Source of the DNA: Methanobacteriota archaeon
GTDB lineage: Archaea > Thermoplasmatota > E2 > DHVEG-1
Length of the DNA stretch: 64,000 nucleotides
NCBI GenBank assembly: GCA_963769885.1
Contig: CAVYNH010000005.1
Span: 119,144-183,143 of the forward strand
Direction of reading: 5' to 3'
A model generated the notes under the pieces. The model worked only from the letters and a program-made list of their open reading frames with translations, ran no database searches and was not told the origin of the DNA. A program made the translations under genes and the position numbers. This document shows, in pieces, positions 20,118 through 30,338 of this stretch (position 1 is the stretch's first letter; each line of letters starts with the position of its first letter).

Positions 20118-21050
20118 CTAAAGCCCTCCCTGGGGTGCGGCGATGAGTTTGAGGTAGACGTCCTCGAGGCTATGTTCTTCTTCGGCGACGTATTCGACCT
20201 TGATTCCCTGGGTGATGAGCCACTCGATGATCCTGGGGTTGTCGGTCTCAGGGTCTTTAACCTCGAGGAGGATGCGGGTGCCTTGGATGGCTTTGAGGCG
20301 GGTGTCTGGGAGGGTGGTGAGTTGCTGGGTCAGGGCTGGGGGGATGTGATCGACGGTGATGGCGATGGTGCGGCTGAAGACGCTGCGGGCGAGTTGCTTG
20401 GGGTTGCCGACTCGGATGAGGGTGTTATTGATGAGGGCGACTTGGTCGCAGATGCGTTCCGCTTCGGCGAGGTTGTGGGTGTTGATGACGATGGTGACGC
20501 CGTGGGCTTTGAGGTCGAGGATGTAGTCGCGGACGAGCTTGGAGGCCTGCGGGTCGAGGCTGGCGGTGGGCTCATCTAAGAAAACGTATTTTGGGTTGTG
20601 GATGAAGGCTCTAGCGATCGCGATCTTTTGTTTCATGCCTTTGGAGAAGCCGCCGACGGGTTCCATGCGTCGATCCCAGAGGCCGAGGTTGTCCAGGGTC
20701 CGTTTTATTACCTCTTCGCGTTGGGGCTTGGGGAGGTGGTAGAACTGGGCGTAGTAATCCAAATTCTGATATGCACCGAGGGTTTCGTAGAGGCCCGGGA
20801 CTTCGGGCAGGAAGCCGATCATGCCGCGGATCCGGTGGGCATCACGGGGGTTGGTGATGTCGAGGCCGTCGATGCTGGCAGTCCCGGCGGTTGGTCTGAT
20901 GAGGCAGCAGAGCATCCGCATGGTGGTGGTCTTGCCGGCACCGTTGGGACCGAGGAGGCCGAAGATCTGTCCTGTTGGAATCTCGATGGTAAGGTTGTCG
21001 ATGGCATGAATGGGGCCGAAGTGCTTGGAGAGTCCCGTGCAGGTGATCAT
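20118..21050 (-). CDS. ABC transporter ATPase
   Basis: GPNGAGKTT, FSKGMKQK, LDEPT, NTH. Confidence 0.93.
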   Translation of the reverse strand: MITCTGLSKHFGPIHAIDNLTIEIPTGQIFGLLGPNGAGKTTTMRMLCCLIRPTAGTASIDGLDITNPRDAHRIRGMIGFLPEVPGLYETLGAYQNLDYYAQFYHLPKPQREEVIKRTLDNLGLWDRRMEPVGGFSKGMKQKIAIARAFIHNPKYVFLDEPTASLDPQASKLVRDYILDLKAHGVTIVINTHNLAEAERICDQVALINNTLIRVGNPKQLARSVFSRTIAITVDHIPPALTQQLTTLPDTRLKAIQGTRILLEVKDPETDNPRIIEWLITQGIKVEYVAEEEHSLEDVYLKLIAAPQGGL

Positions 21051-21346
21051 AGGGGGTGTCTCGCCTCTGGTTCTTGTGTATTGTGCGGTGCTATATTAAT
21101 GCGGCAGTCAATGGGGCTGGTATATATATTTTTATGTATATGAGCTGTGGTGATGGGGTTCTGTAACGTTATAGGGTGATGATGTTAGGTAGATTTTCTT
21201 TGTAACAAATCGGGTGATGGCTTCTTTTTTGAACTTGAATGGTCGGATACAGGAGATTGTTTGAGGTTCAAGAAGTTAAAAGTAAAAGCAAAAAACACTG
21301 TATAATTTAACCTTTTACTCGCACCTATTACCCAAGTAAGATTTTT

Positions 21347-22099
21347 TTATTGAAACGTAGCGTGGACGAAGAATCGCCCTAGATAGCCTGTATAGTTATT
21401 TGGTACGACGAAGGTCTGGGAGATTATCAAAAAGTATGGAAAAACCGGATGGCCAGTTAGGGAGAACGCACTGTTTCCTGCATTATCATAGCCGATGACC
21501 ATGGGTATTAACATGTTAAAGCACTTCCCGATTCCGAAACGAATCGGGATTGTGATGTTATTATCAGAGATGATAGGCTTCTTTGTGAATCCAGTAAGCG
21601 TCAATGGTAAGGTGGGTTCAATAACACCATCCCAAGTCCACTGGTAGGGTGCCTCATAATCGGTCCCCTGATAGACTTCGTCTATGTAGAATTCTACATA
21701 GTTCACGCCACTCATTGTATCAGAACAATTCGCTGTGATAATGATATATGTATGTGCAAATGAACACGTTATATTGATGCACGGGGGTGTCGTGTCGATG
21801 TTGATTTGATATTCCTCTGTCCAGTTTGGATTGTAATTATTATCAGTCGCAATTAAAGTGTATCTTCCATCTCCTGGCATCACAAAAGGAAATGTGTAAA
21901 CCATCCAACTCCCATTATTAATTTTATACAGAGCAGGACCATCTATGCTTACGTTGACAGCACTAATATACCATCCATTCAGTCCTTGAGTTCCGCCAAG
22001 GTGAACATGAGGGTCACCTACAGGCATTGAAGCAAAAATTGGGATACTCGAACATATCAAAATTAAAAGGATTCCAATAACCATCCATTTTTTCATCAT
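21347..22099 (-). CDS. secreted protein with Ig-like domains, in an AT-rich segment
   Basis: GGAGG RBS then MMKKWMVIGILLILI signal peptide; GTQGLNGWYIS module; DTTPP...SGVNYVEFYID...PYQW...YDNAGN. Confidence 0.75.
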   Translation of the reverse strand: MMKKWMVIGILLILICSSIPIFASMPVGDPHVHLGGTQGLNGWYISAVNVSIDGPALYKINNGSWMVYTFPFVMPGDGRYTLIATDNNYNPNWTEEYQINIDTTPPCINITCSFAHTYIIITANCSDTMSGVNYVEFYIDEVYQGTDYEAPYQWTWDGVIEPTLPLTLTGFTKKPIISDNNITIPIRFGIGKCFNMLIPMVIGYDNAGNSAFSLTGHPVFPYFLIISQTFVVPNNYTGYLGRFFVHATFQ

Positions 22100-22273
22100 G
22101 GTTATAATTCCTCCGGAGAAAAATATGATGTCAGCTTTATTTAAACTTTTTGAAGAAAAAACATCATATTGTATACAGTGTTTAGTTCCATCAGGATTCG
22201 AAATCACCCGAGAAGTTACAGAACCCGGTGATGGCAAACTATAAGACAGCGTCCTGAATGGAAGGTATTGTCT

Positions 22274-22948
22274 ATGGCAAGCATTGTTCCGCAGATGAGC
22301 CTGTTCCTGGGCATCATCCCCGCGTTGCTGCTCCTGTGGTTCGGGCTGCGGGGCTACGAGGGATACTACAAGGACAAGAATATTTTCCTGATGTTCATCG
22401 TCGGCATCATCCTCGGCTTCATCATCGCGCTCATCGAGCTGTTCACGGCGAGCATCGGCGTCATCTACATCATCCTTTTCCCGATTCTTGAGCAGATGAG
22501 CAAGGTCATCGTCCTGAACCTCGGCCGGTTCCATGAGAAACGGGAGACGGTCATCTATGGGCTGGTGCTGGGGCTTGGCTTCGGCTCGATTTTCACGCCA
22601 GCCTCCCTGCTGGTGCTGGGGACGCAGCTGCAGGACACCCTGACGGTGCTGCTCATCGTCGTCGGCTCCATCGGCATCATCTTCTTCCAAGGGGCATCCG
22701 GCGTCCTCGTCGGCTACGGTGTGTACAGTAGAAAACTAATGCGGTACATCTTCCTAGCCGTCCTGCTGGAGATTCCGTTGACCGCCACGGTCTTCGTCAG
22801 CGAGTACTTGCAGCGGCCGTATCTGCAGAGCCTCATTATCGTCTACGGTGTAATCATCTTCTGGTACGTCGACCGGTACGTCATGCCACGAATCCGCGAA
22901 GACTCGGAGCGTAGAAAACGGACGCTCAAAGAAGAAAAGAAAGCCTAA
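22274..22948 (+). CDS. polytopic membrane protein, degenerate PrsW-like
   Basis: About 7 TM segments; P.LEQMSK and G...GLGFG resemble PrsW motifs. Confidence 0.55.
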   Translation: MASIVPQMSLFLGIIPALLLLWFGLRGYEGYYKDKNIFLMFIVGIILGFIIALIELFTASIGVIYIILFPILEQMSKVIVLNLGRFHEKRETVIYGLVLGLGFGSIFTPASLLVLGTQLQDTLTVLLIVVGSIGIIFFQGASGVLVGYGVYSRKLMRYIFLAVLLEIPLTATVFVSEYLQRPYLQSLIIVYGVIIFWYVDRYVMPRIREDSERRKRTLKEEKKA

Positions 22949-23081
22949 CCTCAACAAGGGGGAAGAACACCACCTCCCAAGGCCTTTCCTTACACGCTTT
23001 TTCCCCGAGTACGAAACCATCGTTCCGGTATTGATAAAAACAAGATAACGATACTTTCACCCGAAGACAAAGGTGCCAGCC

Positions 23082-23525
23082 ATGGACGAACCCACCCCAG
23101 TCCCCGAAGGCTACTACCCCCCAGAAGGACCTCAGGAGTCCTCCGAGCATAAACCCTCCACGTCGCTCCCGGTCATCGCCGGCATCCTCCTCATCATCGC
23201 CGCCCTCTCAGGATTCATAACATGGTCGAACATCCTCGCTTGGGATGCCTCCCAATTCCAGAACTTTCTTCCAAATAACTCACAAATACCCGTACAAACC
23301 TATCAGTCCATACTCCAGACCTGCAGCATCATCGGCGTCGTCTTCTCCGCCCTCGCCCTCATCGGCGGCCTCATGGCCATCCGCAAACGCTCCTGGGGCC
23401 TCAGCATCACCGGCAGCATCCTCGGCCTCTTCACCATCGGCGTCTTCTTCACCGCCAGCGTCTTCTCCCTCATCGCTTTAGTCTTCCTCATCATGACCCG
23501 CCGTGAGTTCACCCCAAAAACCTAG
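23082..23525 (+). CDS. small membrane protein
   Basis: Pro-rich N-terminus followed by 3-4 TM segments. Confidence 0.7.
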   Translation: MDEPTPVPEGYYPPEGPQESSEHKPSTSLPVIAGILLIIAALSGFITWSNILAWDASQFQNFLPNNSQIPVQTYQSILQTCSIIGVVFSALALIGGLMAIRKRSWGLSITGSILGLFTIGVFFTASVFSLIALVFLIMTRREFTPKT

Positions 23526-24115
23526 TCTTCCTTCACCGGCTTTTTCCGCACAACGTCAGCAAACTCAGTGACCAGGATACCAATCCCCAGCCCGCCCACA
23601 ACCCCGGCCAACACCCCGGTCACCAGACGCACCACGTTCGTACTCTCCCACAGTCCCAGCAGCTGCCCGCCCCCATCTACCATCAACGGCAGCAGCCCTA
23701 CCACGAACACCCAGGCCAACCGGGAATCCAGCGGCACCGCCACAAACGCCATCACCACCAACCCCAGGAACAACCCCAGCCAGACTCCCGTGCATCGCGC
23801 ACAGAACGGCAGCTCGTTCCCACCCAGGAAGAACGATCGGTCCGCCCGCTGATGACACAAGCGATCACCCACGCTGTACACCAGCCCCCACGGCTGCGGA
23901 AACCCCGAAAACACATCGGCATTGTCCGAGACGCCGACCGTCCCGGAGAGATCCTGGCACGACCCCGCAGGGACCGCATTCGGACTCACCACAATCAACA
24001 AGAACCACACCAGGAACACCGCAGAGGCGAAAAACACCGACGGCCGGAACCACCACTCCACCCGCTTCACACCCACCACGAACACGCTTCGTCTACGAAT
24101 ACTTTCCCCACCCAC
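23522..24115 (-). CDS. DUF2085-family membrane protein
   Basis: CHQ..DRSF, P.CARCTG, DG..Q, ESTN..R..TG; exact start uncertain. Confidence 0.85.
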   Translation of the reverse strand: MGGESIRRRSVFVVGVKRVEWWFRPSVFFASAVFLVWFLLIVVSPNAVPAGSCQDLSGTVGVSDNADVFSGFPQPWGLVYSVGDRLCHQRADRSFFLGGNELPFCARCTGVWLGLFLGLVVMAFVAVPLDSRLAWVFVVGLLPLMVDGGGQLLGLWESTNVVRLVTGVLAGVVGGLGIGILVTEFADVVRKKPVKED

Positions 24116-24209
24116 ACCACCAAATGTACCTCCATCTTCTCCAGGGGAAACCGGACAGTATGTTTAAATAGGGTATGCCTGTTCACAAGAAAAGAAAGGC
24201 GGTCACCCT

Positions 24210-24359
24210 ATGACGCGATTTCCAGAGGCAGAAAGCCGACTGTTAAACAAAAAAATCTGCATGAAATGCGGGGCATCCAACGCCATCCTCGCCAAACGAT
24301 GCCGCCGCTGCCGATCCACTGAACTGCGCATCAAGGCCAAAGAAGGACGCGGCGCCTAA
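24210..24359 (+). CDS. rpl40e: 50S ribosomal protein eL40
   Basis: Below the ORF-track cutoff: [49 protein letters not shown]. Confidence 0.95.
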   Translation: MTRFPEAESRLLNKKICMKCGASNAILAKRCRRCRSTELRIKAKEGRGA

Positions 24360-24402
24360 ACCAAGGGAGCCTCATCTACCGCCAACCCATAGATGACATA
24401 CC

Positions 24403-25821
24403 ATGCCAGCCACCAAAGTCAAAAAAGATGAGGATTTTAACGAATGGTACAACGAAATCGTTGAACTCGCCGACCTCTGCGACAAACGCTACCCCATCAA
24501 AGGCATGAACGTCTGGAAACCCTACGGCTGGACGCTCATGACCAACATCGACGGCCTCATCCGCGACGAGATGCGCGCCACTAACCATAAAGAAGTCCAA
24601 TTCCCCCTCCTCATCCCAGAATCCCTCTTCAAAAAAGAAGAAGAACACATCGAAGGCTTCGGCAAAGAAGTCTTCTGGGTCACCCACGCCGGCCTCACCC
24701 CACTCGAAGAACGCTGGCTCCTCAGACCCACCAGCGAAACCGCGATGTACCCCATCTTCTCCCTCTGGATCCGCTCCCACAACGACCTCCCCCTCAAAAC
24801 CTACCAGATCGTCAACACCTTCCGCTACGAGACCAAACAAACCCGCGCATTCATCAGAGTCCGCGAGATCCACTTCTTCGAAGCCCACACCTGCCACACC
24901 GACTTCCAAGACGCCGAACGCCAAATCAAAGAAGACAAAGACATCGCCACCCGCCTCTTTCACAAACTCTGCCTCCCCTTCATCTTCAACAAACGCCCTG
25001 ACTGGGATAAGTTCGCAGGCGCCTACTACACCATCAGCATCGACGTCCTCATGCCCTCCAACCGCACCCTCCAGATGGGCTCCATCCACCAATACAAAGA
25101 CAACTTCGCCAAACCCTACGAGATCTCCTACGAAACCGAAGACGGCAAACGCGCCTACGCCCACCAGACCACCTACGGCATGAGCGAACGCATCCTCGGC
25201 GCCGTCATCGGCATCCACGGCGACAACAAAGGCCTCGTCCTCCCACCCGAGATCGCCCCGATCCAAGCCGTCATCATCCCCATCATCTTCAAAGGAAAAG
25301 AGACCATCGTCCTCAGCGCCTGCACCCAGCTGCACTCCCGACTCCTCAGCGCCGGCATCCGCAGCCACGTCGACAACCGCGAGATCACCCCTGGCAACAA
25401 ATACTACGACTGGGAACTCAAAGGCGTCCCCCTCCGCATCGAGATCGGCCCCCGCGACCTCGACAACAACGTCGCCACCGTCGTCCGCCGCGACACCAGC
25501 GAAAAGAAAACCATCCCGCTCCCCAGCATCGAAGACGGCCTCAAGACAGAGCTAAAAACCATGGCGGCCGCGATGTACACAAAAGCCGATAAACTCCTCA
25601 AAGACAACATGCACACCGTCTGCTCCGTCGACGAGGCCCAGACCACCACCGGCATCATCACCATGCCCTGGTGCGGCACCAAAGAATGCGCCCTCGAGAT
25701 AGAAAAAGTTTTAGAGGGCAATACGTTAGGGGAACCAATCGAACCGCACAAGTGTACCGAAACCTGCCCCGTATGTGGACAGAAGGCGGAGAAATGGATG
25801 CGGTTCGCACGCTCATACTGA
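24403..25821 (+). CDS. proS: proline--tRNA ligase (archaeal/eukaryotic type)
   Basis: LRPTSET, FRYETK.TR.FIRVRE..FFE.HT, HQTTYG.SER, C-terminal Zn site and ARSY. Confidence 0.98.
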   Translation: MPATKVKKDEDFNEWYNEIVELADLCDKRYPIKGMNVWKPYGWTLMTNIDGLIRDEMRATNHKEVQFPLLIPESLFKKEEEHIEGFGKEVFWVTHAGLTPLEERWLLRPTSETAMYPIFSLWIRSHNDLPLKTYQIVNTFRYETKQTRAFIRVREIHFFEAHTCHTDFQDAERQIKEDKDIATRLFHKLCLPFIFNKRPDWDKFAGAYYTISIDVLMPSNRTLQMGSIHQYKDNFAKPYEISYETEDGKRAYAHQTTYGMSERILGAVIGIHGDNKGLVLPPEIAPIQAVIIPIIFKGKETIVLSACTQLHSRLLSAGIRSHVDNREITPGNKYYDWELKGVPLRIEIGPRDLDNNVATVVRRDTSEKKTIPLPSIEDGLKTELKTMAAAMYTKADKLLKDNMHTVCSVDEAQTTTGIITMPWCGTKECALEIEKVLEGNTLGEPIEPHKCTETCPVCGQKAEKWMRFARSY

Positions 25822-25835
25822 GGTGACCAAGCACA

Positions 25836-26216
25836 ATGGGAAAAATCACCAACTTCCTACGCGAAATCGTCTACCCCTCTAGCATCATCCTGACCATCAT
25901 CGGCATCATCATCCTCATCCTCGAACTCATCTTTTATGCGCACTGGCTCGCGACTGAGCCAGCATTAAAATTCCTCTATGACTTGGGCGCATGGAACGCC
26001 TACGTCCTCATCGTCGGCCTCATCGTCTTCGGCATCGGCGTCTACTACCTCTGGAGCTACCTCTCCAAGAGCCGCTTCGTCAAAAAAGAGCTCAAGACCA
26101 ACAAGCGCTCAGAGATCCAAATCAAGCATGCCGAGCTACGCCGCACCGTCAAGCACCTCCCGAAAAAGTACCAGCGGATGCTCCAGGAAAAAGAAGACGA
26201 GCTCAACATCAAGTGA
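25836..26216 (+). CDS. two-TM membrane protein (DUF3198-like)
   Basis: Two TM segments plus a basic tail with LP.KY; family name from memory. Confidence 0.6.
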   Translation: MGKITNFLREIVYPSSIILTIIGIIILILELIFYAHWLATEPALKFLYDLGAWNAYVLIVGLIVFGIGVYYLWSYLSKSRFVKKELKTNKRSEIQIKHAELRRTVKHLPKKYQRMLQEKEDELNIK

Positions 26217-26241
26217 ACCTGTTTCTAGGGGGCGGGGCCAA

Positions 26242-26952
26242 ATACCTGAAATCGTCGTCGTATTGGTAGAACCGAAGTACAGCGGGAACGTCGGAGCCGT
26301 CGCCCGCTCCATGATGAACTTCGGCGTCCACCGCCTCATTCTCGTCAACCCCGCCTGCCCGCTTGACCAGACCTGTTACGCTCGGGCGATGCATGCCACC
26401 AAGATCCTGGATGAGGCCGCCACCCTCTCGACGTTCTCTGAGGCGGTCAAGCAGCTCGATTTCCTCGCCGCGACCTCCGCCGTCGACGCCGCCAAGGAAA
26501 AATATTATCTCCGGACCCCGATCCCACTGGAGAAATTCGCTGAGGACTGCACGAAGGTCGACGGCACCATCGGGCTGGTGTTCGGCCGTGAGGACTACGG
26601 CCTGTTCAACGAGGAGATCGCGGCCTGCGACGTCATGCTGAAGATCCCGACCAGTGACGAGTACCCCTCATTGAACCTCTCCCATGCGGTGACGCTGGTG
26701 CTTTACGAGCTCTATAAGACGGGGAAGGGGCCTGGTCGGCGCCGGCAGCTGGGGCGGGTGGAGAACGACACGCTTCAGGGGTTCTTCTCTGAGCTGCTGG
26801 ACACGATCGATTACCCGGCGCATAAGAAGGCGCAGACGAAGATCATGTTCCGCCGGTTAATGGGTCGGGCGATGCCTTCGGTCTGGGAATACCATACCTT
26901 CATGGGTGTCATCAGCAAAGCAATTTCACGTGTGAAAAACCCGAGGAAATAA
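26242..26952 (+). CDS. trmJ: TrmJ/LasT-family SPOUT tRNA methyltransferase (start uncertain)
   Basis: VLVEP...GNVGAVAR.M.NFG, VFGRED.GL.NEE, YPSLNLSHAV. The only in-frame candidate at the expected start is ATA. Confidence 0.88.
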   Translation: MPEIVVVLVEPKYSGNVGAVARSMMNFGVHRLILVNPACPLDQTCYARAMHATKILDEAATLSTFSEAVKQLDFLAATSAVDAAKEKYYLRTPIPLEKFAEDCTKVDGTIGLVFGREDYGLFNEEIAACDVMLKIPTSDEYPSLNLSHAVTLVLYELYKTGKGPGRRRQLGRVENDTLQGFFSELLDTIDYPAHKKAQTKIMFRRLMGRAMPSVWEYHTFMGVISKAISRVKNPRK

Positions 26953-26962
26953 GGCTTTTTTC

Positions 26963-27196
26963 CTAGGCAATCGTCTCGATGGTGAAGGAGACGTTGCAGT
27001 GTTTGAGGGCGGAGTGGACTTTGTCGGCGAAGAAGACCAGTTCGTCGATGTCCGCGTGGTCCTTACCCCAATCGAAGACGAAGTCGTAGCTGCCGCGTGC
27101 CGCCTGGAAGCCCATGTTCATGAGCTGGGTCTTGACGTCGGAGGGGCTGGCGCCTTCGCTGTTGAATAGGATATGGAGGTAGGTCTTCATGCCCAT
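26963..27196 (-). CDS. small hypothetical protein
   Basis: 77-aa ORF with TATA-like TTTAAAT ~25 nt upstream. Confidence 0.7.
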   Translation of the reverse strand: MGMKTYLHILFNSEGASPSDVKTQLMNMGFQAARGSYDFVFDWGKDHADIDELVFFADKVHSALKHCNVSFTIETIA

Positions 27197-27262
27197 GGTC
27201 CTAAGAATTCTTCTTACCTATTTAAATCATTGCGAAAAAATTGCCCTCGAATCAAATCAGTA

Positions 27263-28420
27263 TTAGGAAGAAAACGGCACCGGTGCGAAACTGAGGACGA
27301 AGACGAGGAGGATTGCGAGGGCGATAAGGATGTCCCGCCTTCCCAAAGTTGTGATCTCATTGAGCGGTGGTTGGTGCTGGGTGCCGAGGAACAGCAGGAC
27401 GATGAAGGCGAACATGAACCATCCGGTGTAGAACAGCCCAAGGATGATGAGGAGGATGATGATGCCCCAGCTGATGTACCGAGCTTTGTCCTTGAAGACC
27501 GCCCGGGAGACGTGGCCGCCGTCGAGCTGGCCGACGGGCAGGAGGTTGACGGCCGTCAGGAAGATGCCGACCCAGCCGGCGTACAGCGTTGGATGGATGA
27601 GGGCGGTGCTGGGGATGGTGAAGAAGCTGCCGATCCATTGGATGAGCAGCGGGGGGATGAAGTTGATGGTCTCGGTTGTGGATGGTAGGACCACCGGGTT
27701 TTGCTGCATGAGGAAGAAGCCGATGATGACGACCGGGATCGCGGTGAGGAAACCGCAGAGGGGGCCGGCCGCGCCGATGTGCAGGAGCGCTTTGCGGTTG
27801 GGGATGGGGTCGCGAGTGGAAATGACGGCGCCGAAGGTCCCTAAATCCAGATAGCCGGGGATCGGGGGTAATGGGATGAAGAAGGGCAATGAGGCGTCAA
27901 CGCGGTGCTTGCGTGAGGCGAGGTAATGGCCGGTCTCGTGGATGCCGAGGATCGCCATGAGGGGCAGCGAGAAGGTGAGGAAGCCGATGAAGAGGTAGTG
28001 GGGTTGGAAGCCGATGGCGAACATCTCCAGGATTCCGGGGTTGGCGGCGTTGGTCTTGACGAGGTCGAGGATGACCCATTGGAGGCTACCAGCGAGCGTC
28101 GTGGTGAAGATGGTCGCCGCAAGCAAGACGATGTTGACGTAGATGGATCTCGTCTTGCGTTGCTGTTTCTTCATGATGAAGAGGAGGTGTTCTCCCTGAT
28201 GGGTCTGCAGCATCGGGATGTAGTCTTTTTCTTTGAGGGAATGGCGAAGGTCCTCGAACTGGTCCCCTACGGTGGCCTCGTCGATGTGGCAGAAGAAGAC
28301 GACGGCCTGGGGGGTGATCTTCACGTCGTAGAAGGGGAACCGCTGGCCGACTTGTTGTTGGAGGTATGGGATGTCCACAGGTTCGTTGGTGGTAGCGGTA
28401 GGGTCCTCTGTGGCCGGCAT
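27263..28420 (-). CDS. site-2 (M50) intramembrane metalloprotease
   Basis: HETGH, GTFGA.I, AGPL.G, NLLPVGQLDGGH. Confidence 0.92.
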   Translation of the reverse strand: MPATEDPTATTNEPVDIPYLQQQVGQRFPFYDVKITPQAVVFFCHIDEATVGDQFEDLRHSLKEKDYIPMLQTHQGEHLLFIMKKQQRKTRSIYVNIVLLAATIFTTTLAGSLQWVILDLVKTNAANPGILEMFAIGFQPHYLFIGFLTFSLPLMAILGIHETGHYLASRKHRVDASLPFFIPLPPIPGYLDLGTFGAVISTRDPIPNRKALLHIGAAGPLCGFLTAIPVVIIGFFLMQQNPVVLPSTTETINFIPPLLIQWIGSFFTIPSTALIHPTLYAGWVGIFLTAVNLLPVGQLDGGHVSRAVFKDKARYISWGIIILLIILGLFYTGWFMFAFIVLLFLGTQHQPPLNEITTLGRRDILIALAILLVFVLSFAPVPFSS

Positions 28421-28604
28421 TGTTGTCGGCGTGAATGCGGGCCTCCTTTTAAATATCCTTCGGAGTGTTCAGCAGAACCTATATATATATCTGAATATAT
28501 ACTTAGGTCACGGATGGGGTAATGCACCGACGCGGTTTGCCTGCGAGAGCATGGACTAGCGTTCACTGGGTCAGCCGTGGGCTTATCGAGGGAGGTGGTG
28601 CCGA

Positions 28605-30317
28605 TTGAAGCTGACCCTGAAGGTTCTCATCGGCAACCTCTTGTTCATTGCGGTCTTTTTCCTCATCATTGCGAGGATTTTTTCCGTCGTCTCTGGCGCC
28701 GTGTTCCCGGTCGATATTGTGACCTCGGATTCCATGAGTCCGTCGCTGATAACGGGGGATCTGGTCACCTGGTCGCCCGCGTCCATTCAGGACGTTAAGG
28801 TCGGGGATATCGTCGTCTATAAGAGCTGGCTGCACTGGCCTGACACGAAGTTCATCGTGCACCGCGTCATCGAGGTCCGCGAGGACTTCGGCAAGATCGC
28901 GCTGGTCACCAAGGGAGACGCGAACCGGTGGACCGACCAGGCTGGGCCGCATGCGCCCGAGCCGTACGTGACCGAGAAGAACTTCGTCGGTAAGGCGATC
29001 ATGCTCGGCCCTGTGCCCTTGAAGATCCCGTTGGTCGGCTACGTTGGCATCCTGGTCAACGAAGGTTTCCGATTGTTGACGCAGTCCTCGGCGGCGAAAG
29101 GGACCTCGACGACGATCTGGGTCTTCACGCCCCTGACCGTGTCCGTCATCCTCCTGGTCATCGCCATCTTCCTGGTCCCTGAACGCCGGAAGACCATCCA
29201 AGAGAAAATCAGGTACTACATCCTGAGTTCACGGTCCTTGAACCTGAAGAAAACCGCCGTGTTCTTCTTCCTCCTGTTCACCGCCTTCTTCTTCATCATC
29301 CATCTGTTCGCGTATGATACGGTGACGGGGGCGGTCGGCGTCGGCGAATTCGCCTCAAAGAATGGCATGGACCTTGGGGCACTGGAGCCGGGGCAGACCG
29401 GGTTCCCTCGGGAGATCTCCGTTGTCAATCCTAGCGTTTTCCCTGTCAAAGGCATTATCTTCGGGAGGCAAGGCATGGAGCCGCTCCTCAATCACGTCGT
29501 CTTCACGGTGGGAGCAGGTAAGATCAAGCCACAGAACATCTCCGCCTCCGTCCCAAACGGGACCGCGAACGGCTCGTACGTCGGCGACATCGCCATCTAC
29601 TCCTCCCCTCTCTGGCTGCTCTTCCCAGACGAGGTCCTACTCACGGTGTCGCAAGCAGACCCCAGCCTCGTGGTTATTATTCTGGATCTCATCAGTGCCG
29701 CGATCCTCACGGCGGTCACACTCCTGATCATCCTTGCCGCTGCCCTACTCGAGGAGACGGCCTACGTTCTCCAGGTCAATCTCTCCTGGCACTATGCCCC
29801 ACGGCCGATGCTGAAAACCCGATGGAGAGCGCGGATTGCCCATGCGCGCCTCCGATTTCGCCGCGGACTGGCGAGGAACGTCCTCTGGGTAAGCCAGGTA
29901 AACCTCGCGTCGCTGCAGGCGCGGCCGTTCCTGATCGGCGGCCTCATCGCCGTCCCCTTCTTCTTCCTCATGCAAAGCACGCTTACAGCTTTGGTGGTCG
30001 CCGCGGTCCTCGCCGGGCTGGTCGCCTACCTCTTTCGCTGCCGGCTGCGGGAAAAGATCGTCCTTGCGGTCGTCATGTCCCTGTGTGTCTCCCTGTGTCT
30101 GCTCATGGGCAAGATCGGCTTCGACATCCTCACCGCCTCCCGCTCGGTCATAGAGACCCTCGGGCTGGTCATGGGCGCGCTCGGGATTTATCTGCTCGTC
30201 GTCGCGTTCCTGCTCGTTCCTGTGGTCCTGACGTCGTGGGGGCTAACGCACCTCTGCCGAAATGTTAAAGAACAGCGTGACCCATTACTGGCCCTGGAGG
30301 GTGGATGCGACCTCTAA
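28605..30317 (+). CDS. signal peptidase I (S26) fused to a long multi-TM C-terminal region
   Basis: SDSMSP (Ser), GDIVVY, IVHRV (His), TKGDAN in the first ~160 aa, then ~400 extra aa. Confidence 0.82.
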   Translation: MKLTLKVLIGNLLFIAVFFLIIARIFSVVSGAVFPVDIVTSDSMSPSLITGDLVTWSPASIQDVKVGDIVVYKSWLHWPDTKFIVHRVIEVREDFGKIALVTKGDANRWTDQAGPHAPEPYVTEKNFVGKAIMLGPVPLKIPLVGYVGILVNEGFRLLTQSSAAKGTSTTIWVFTPLTVSVILLVIAIFLVPERRKTIQEKIRYYILSSRSLNLKKTAVFFFLLFTAFFFIIHLFAYDTVTGAVGVGEFASKNGMDLGALEPGQTGFPREISVVNPSVFPVKGIIFGRQGMEPLLNHVVFTVGAGKIKPQNISASVPNGTANGSYVGDIAIYSSPLWLLFPDEVLLTVSQADPSLVVIILDLISAAILTAVTLLIILAAALLEETAYVLQVNLSWHYAPRPMLKTRWRARIAHARLRFRRGLARNVLWVSQVNLASLQARPFLIGGLIAVPFFFLMQSTLTALVVAAVLAGLVAYLFRCRLREKIVLAVVMSLCVSLCLLMGKIGFDILTASRSVIETLGLVMGALGIYLLVVAFLLVPVVLTSWGLTHLCRNVKEQRDPLLALEGGCDL

Positions 30318-30338
30318 CGGTGAGGGTGATGCAGTAAA

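Noticed and set aside
22100-22690. 5' extension of the 447-aa ORF 21347..22690
   Set aside because: Antisense to the real gene at 22274; an RBS and signal peptide mark the true start at 22099
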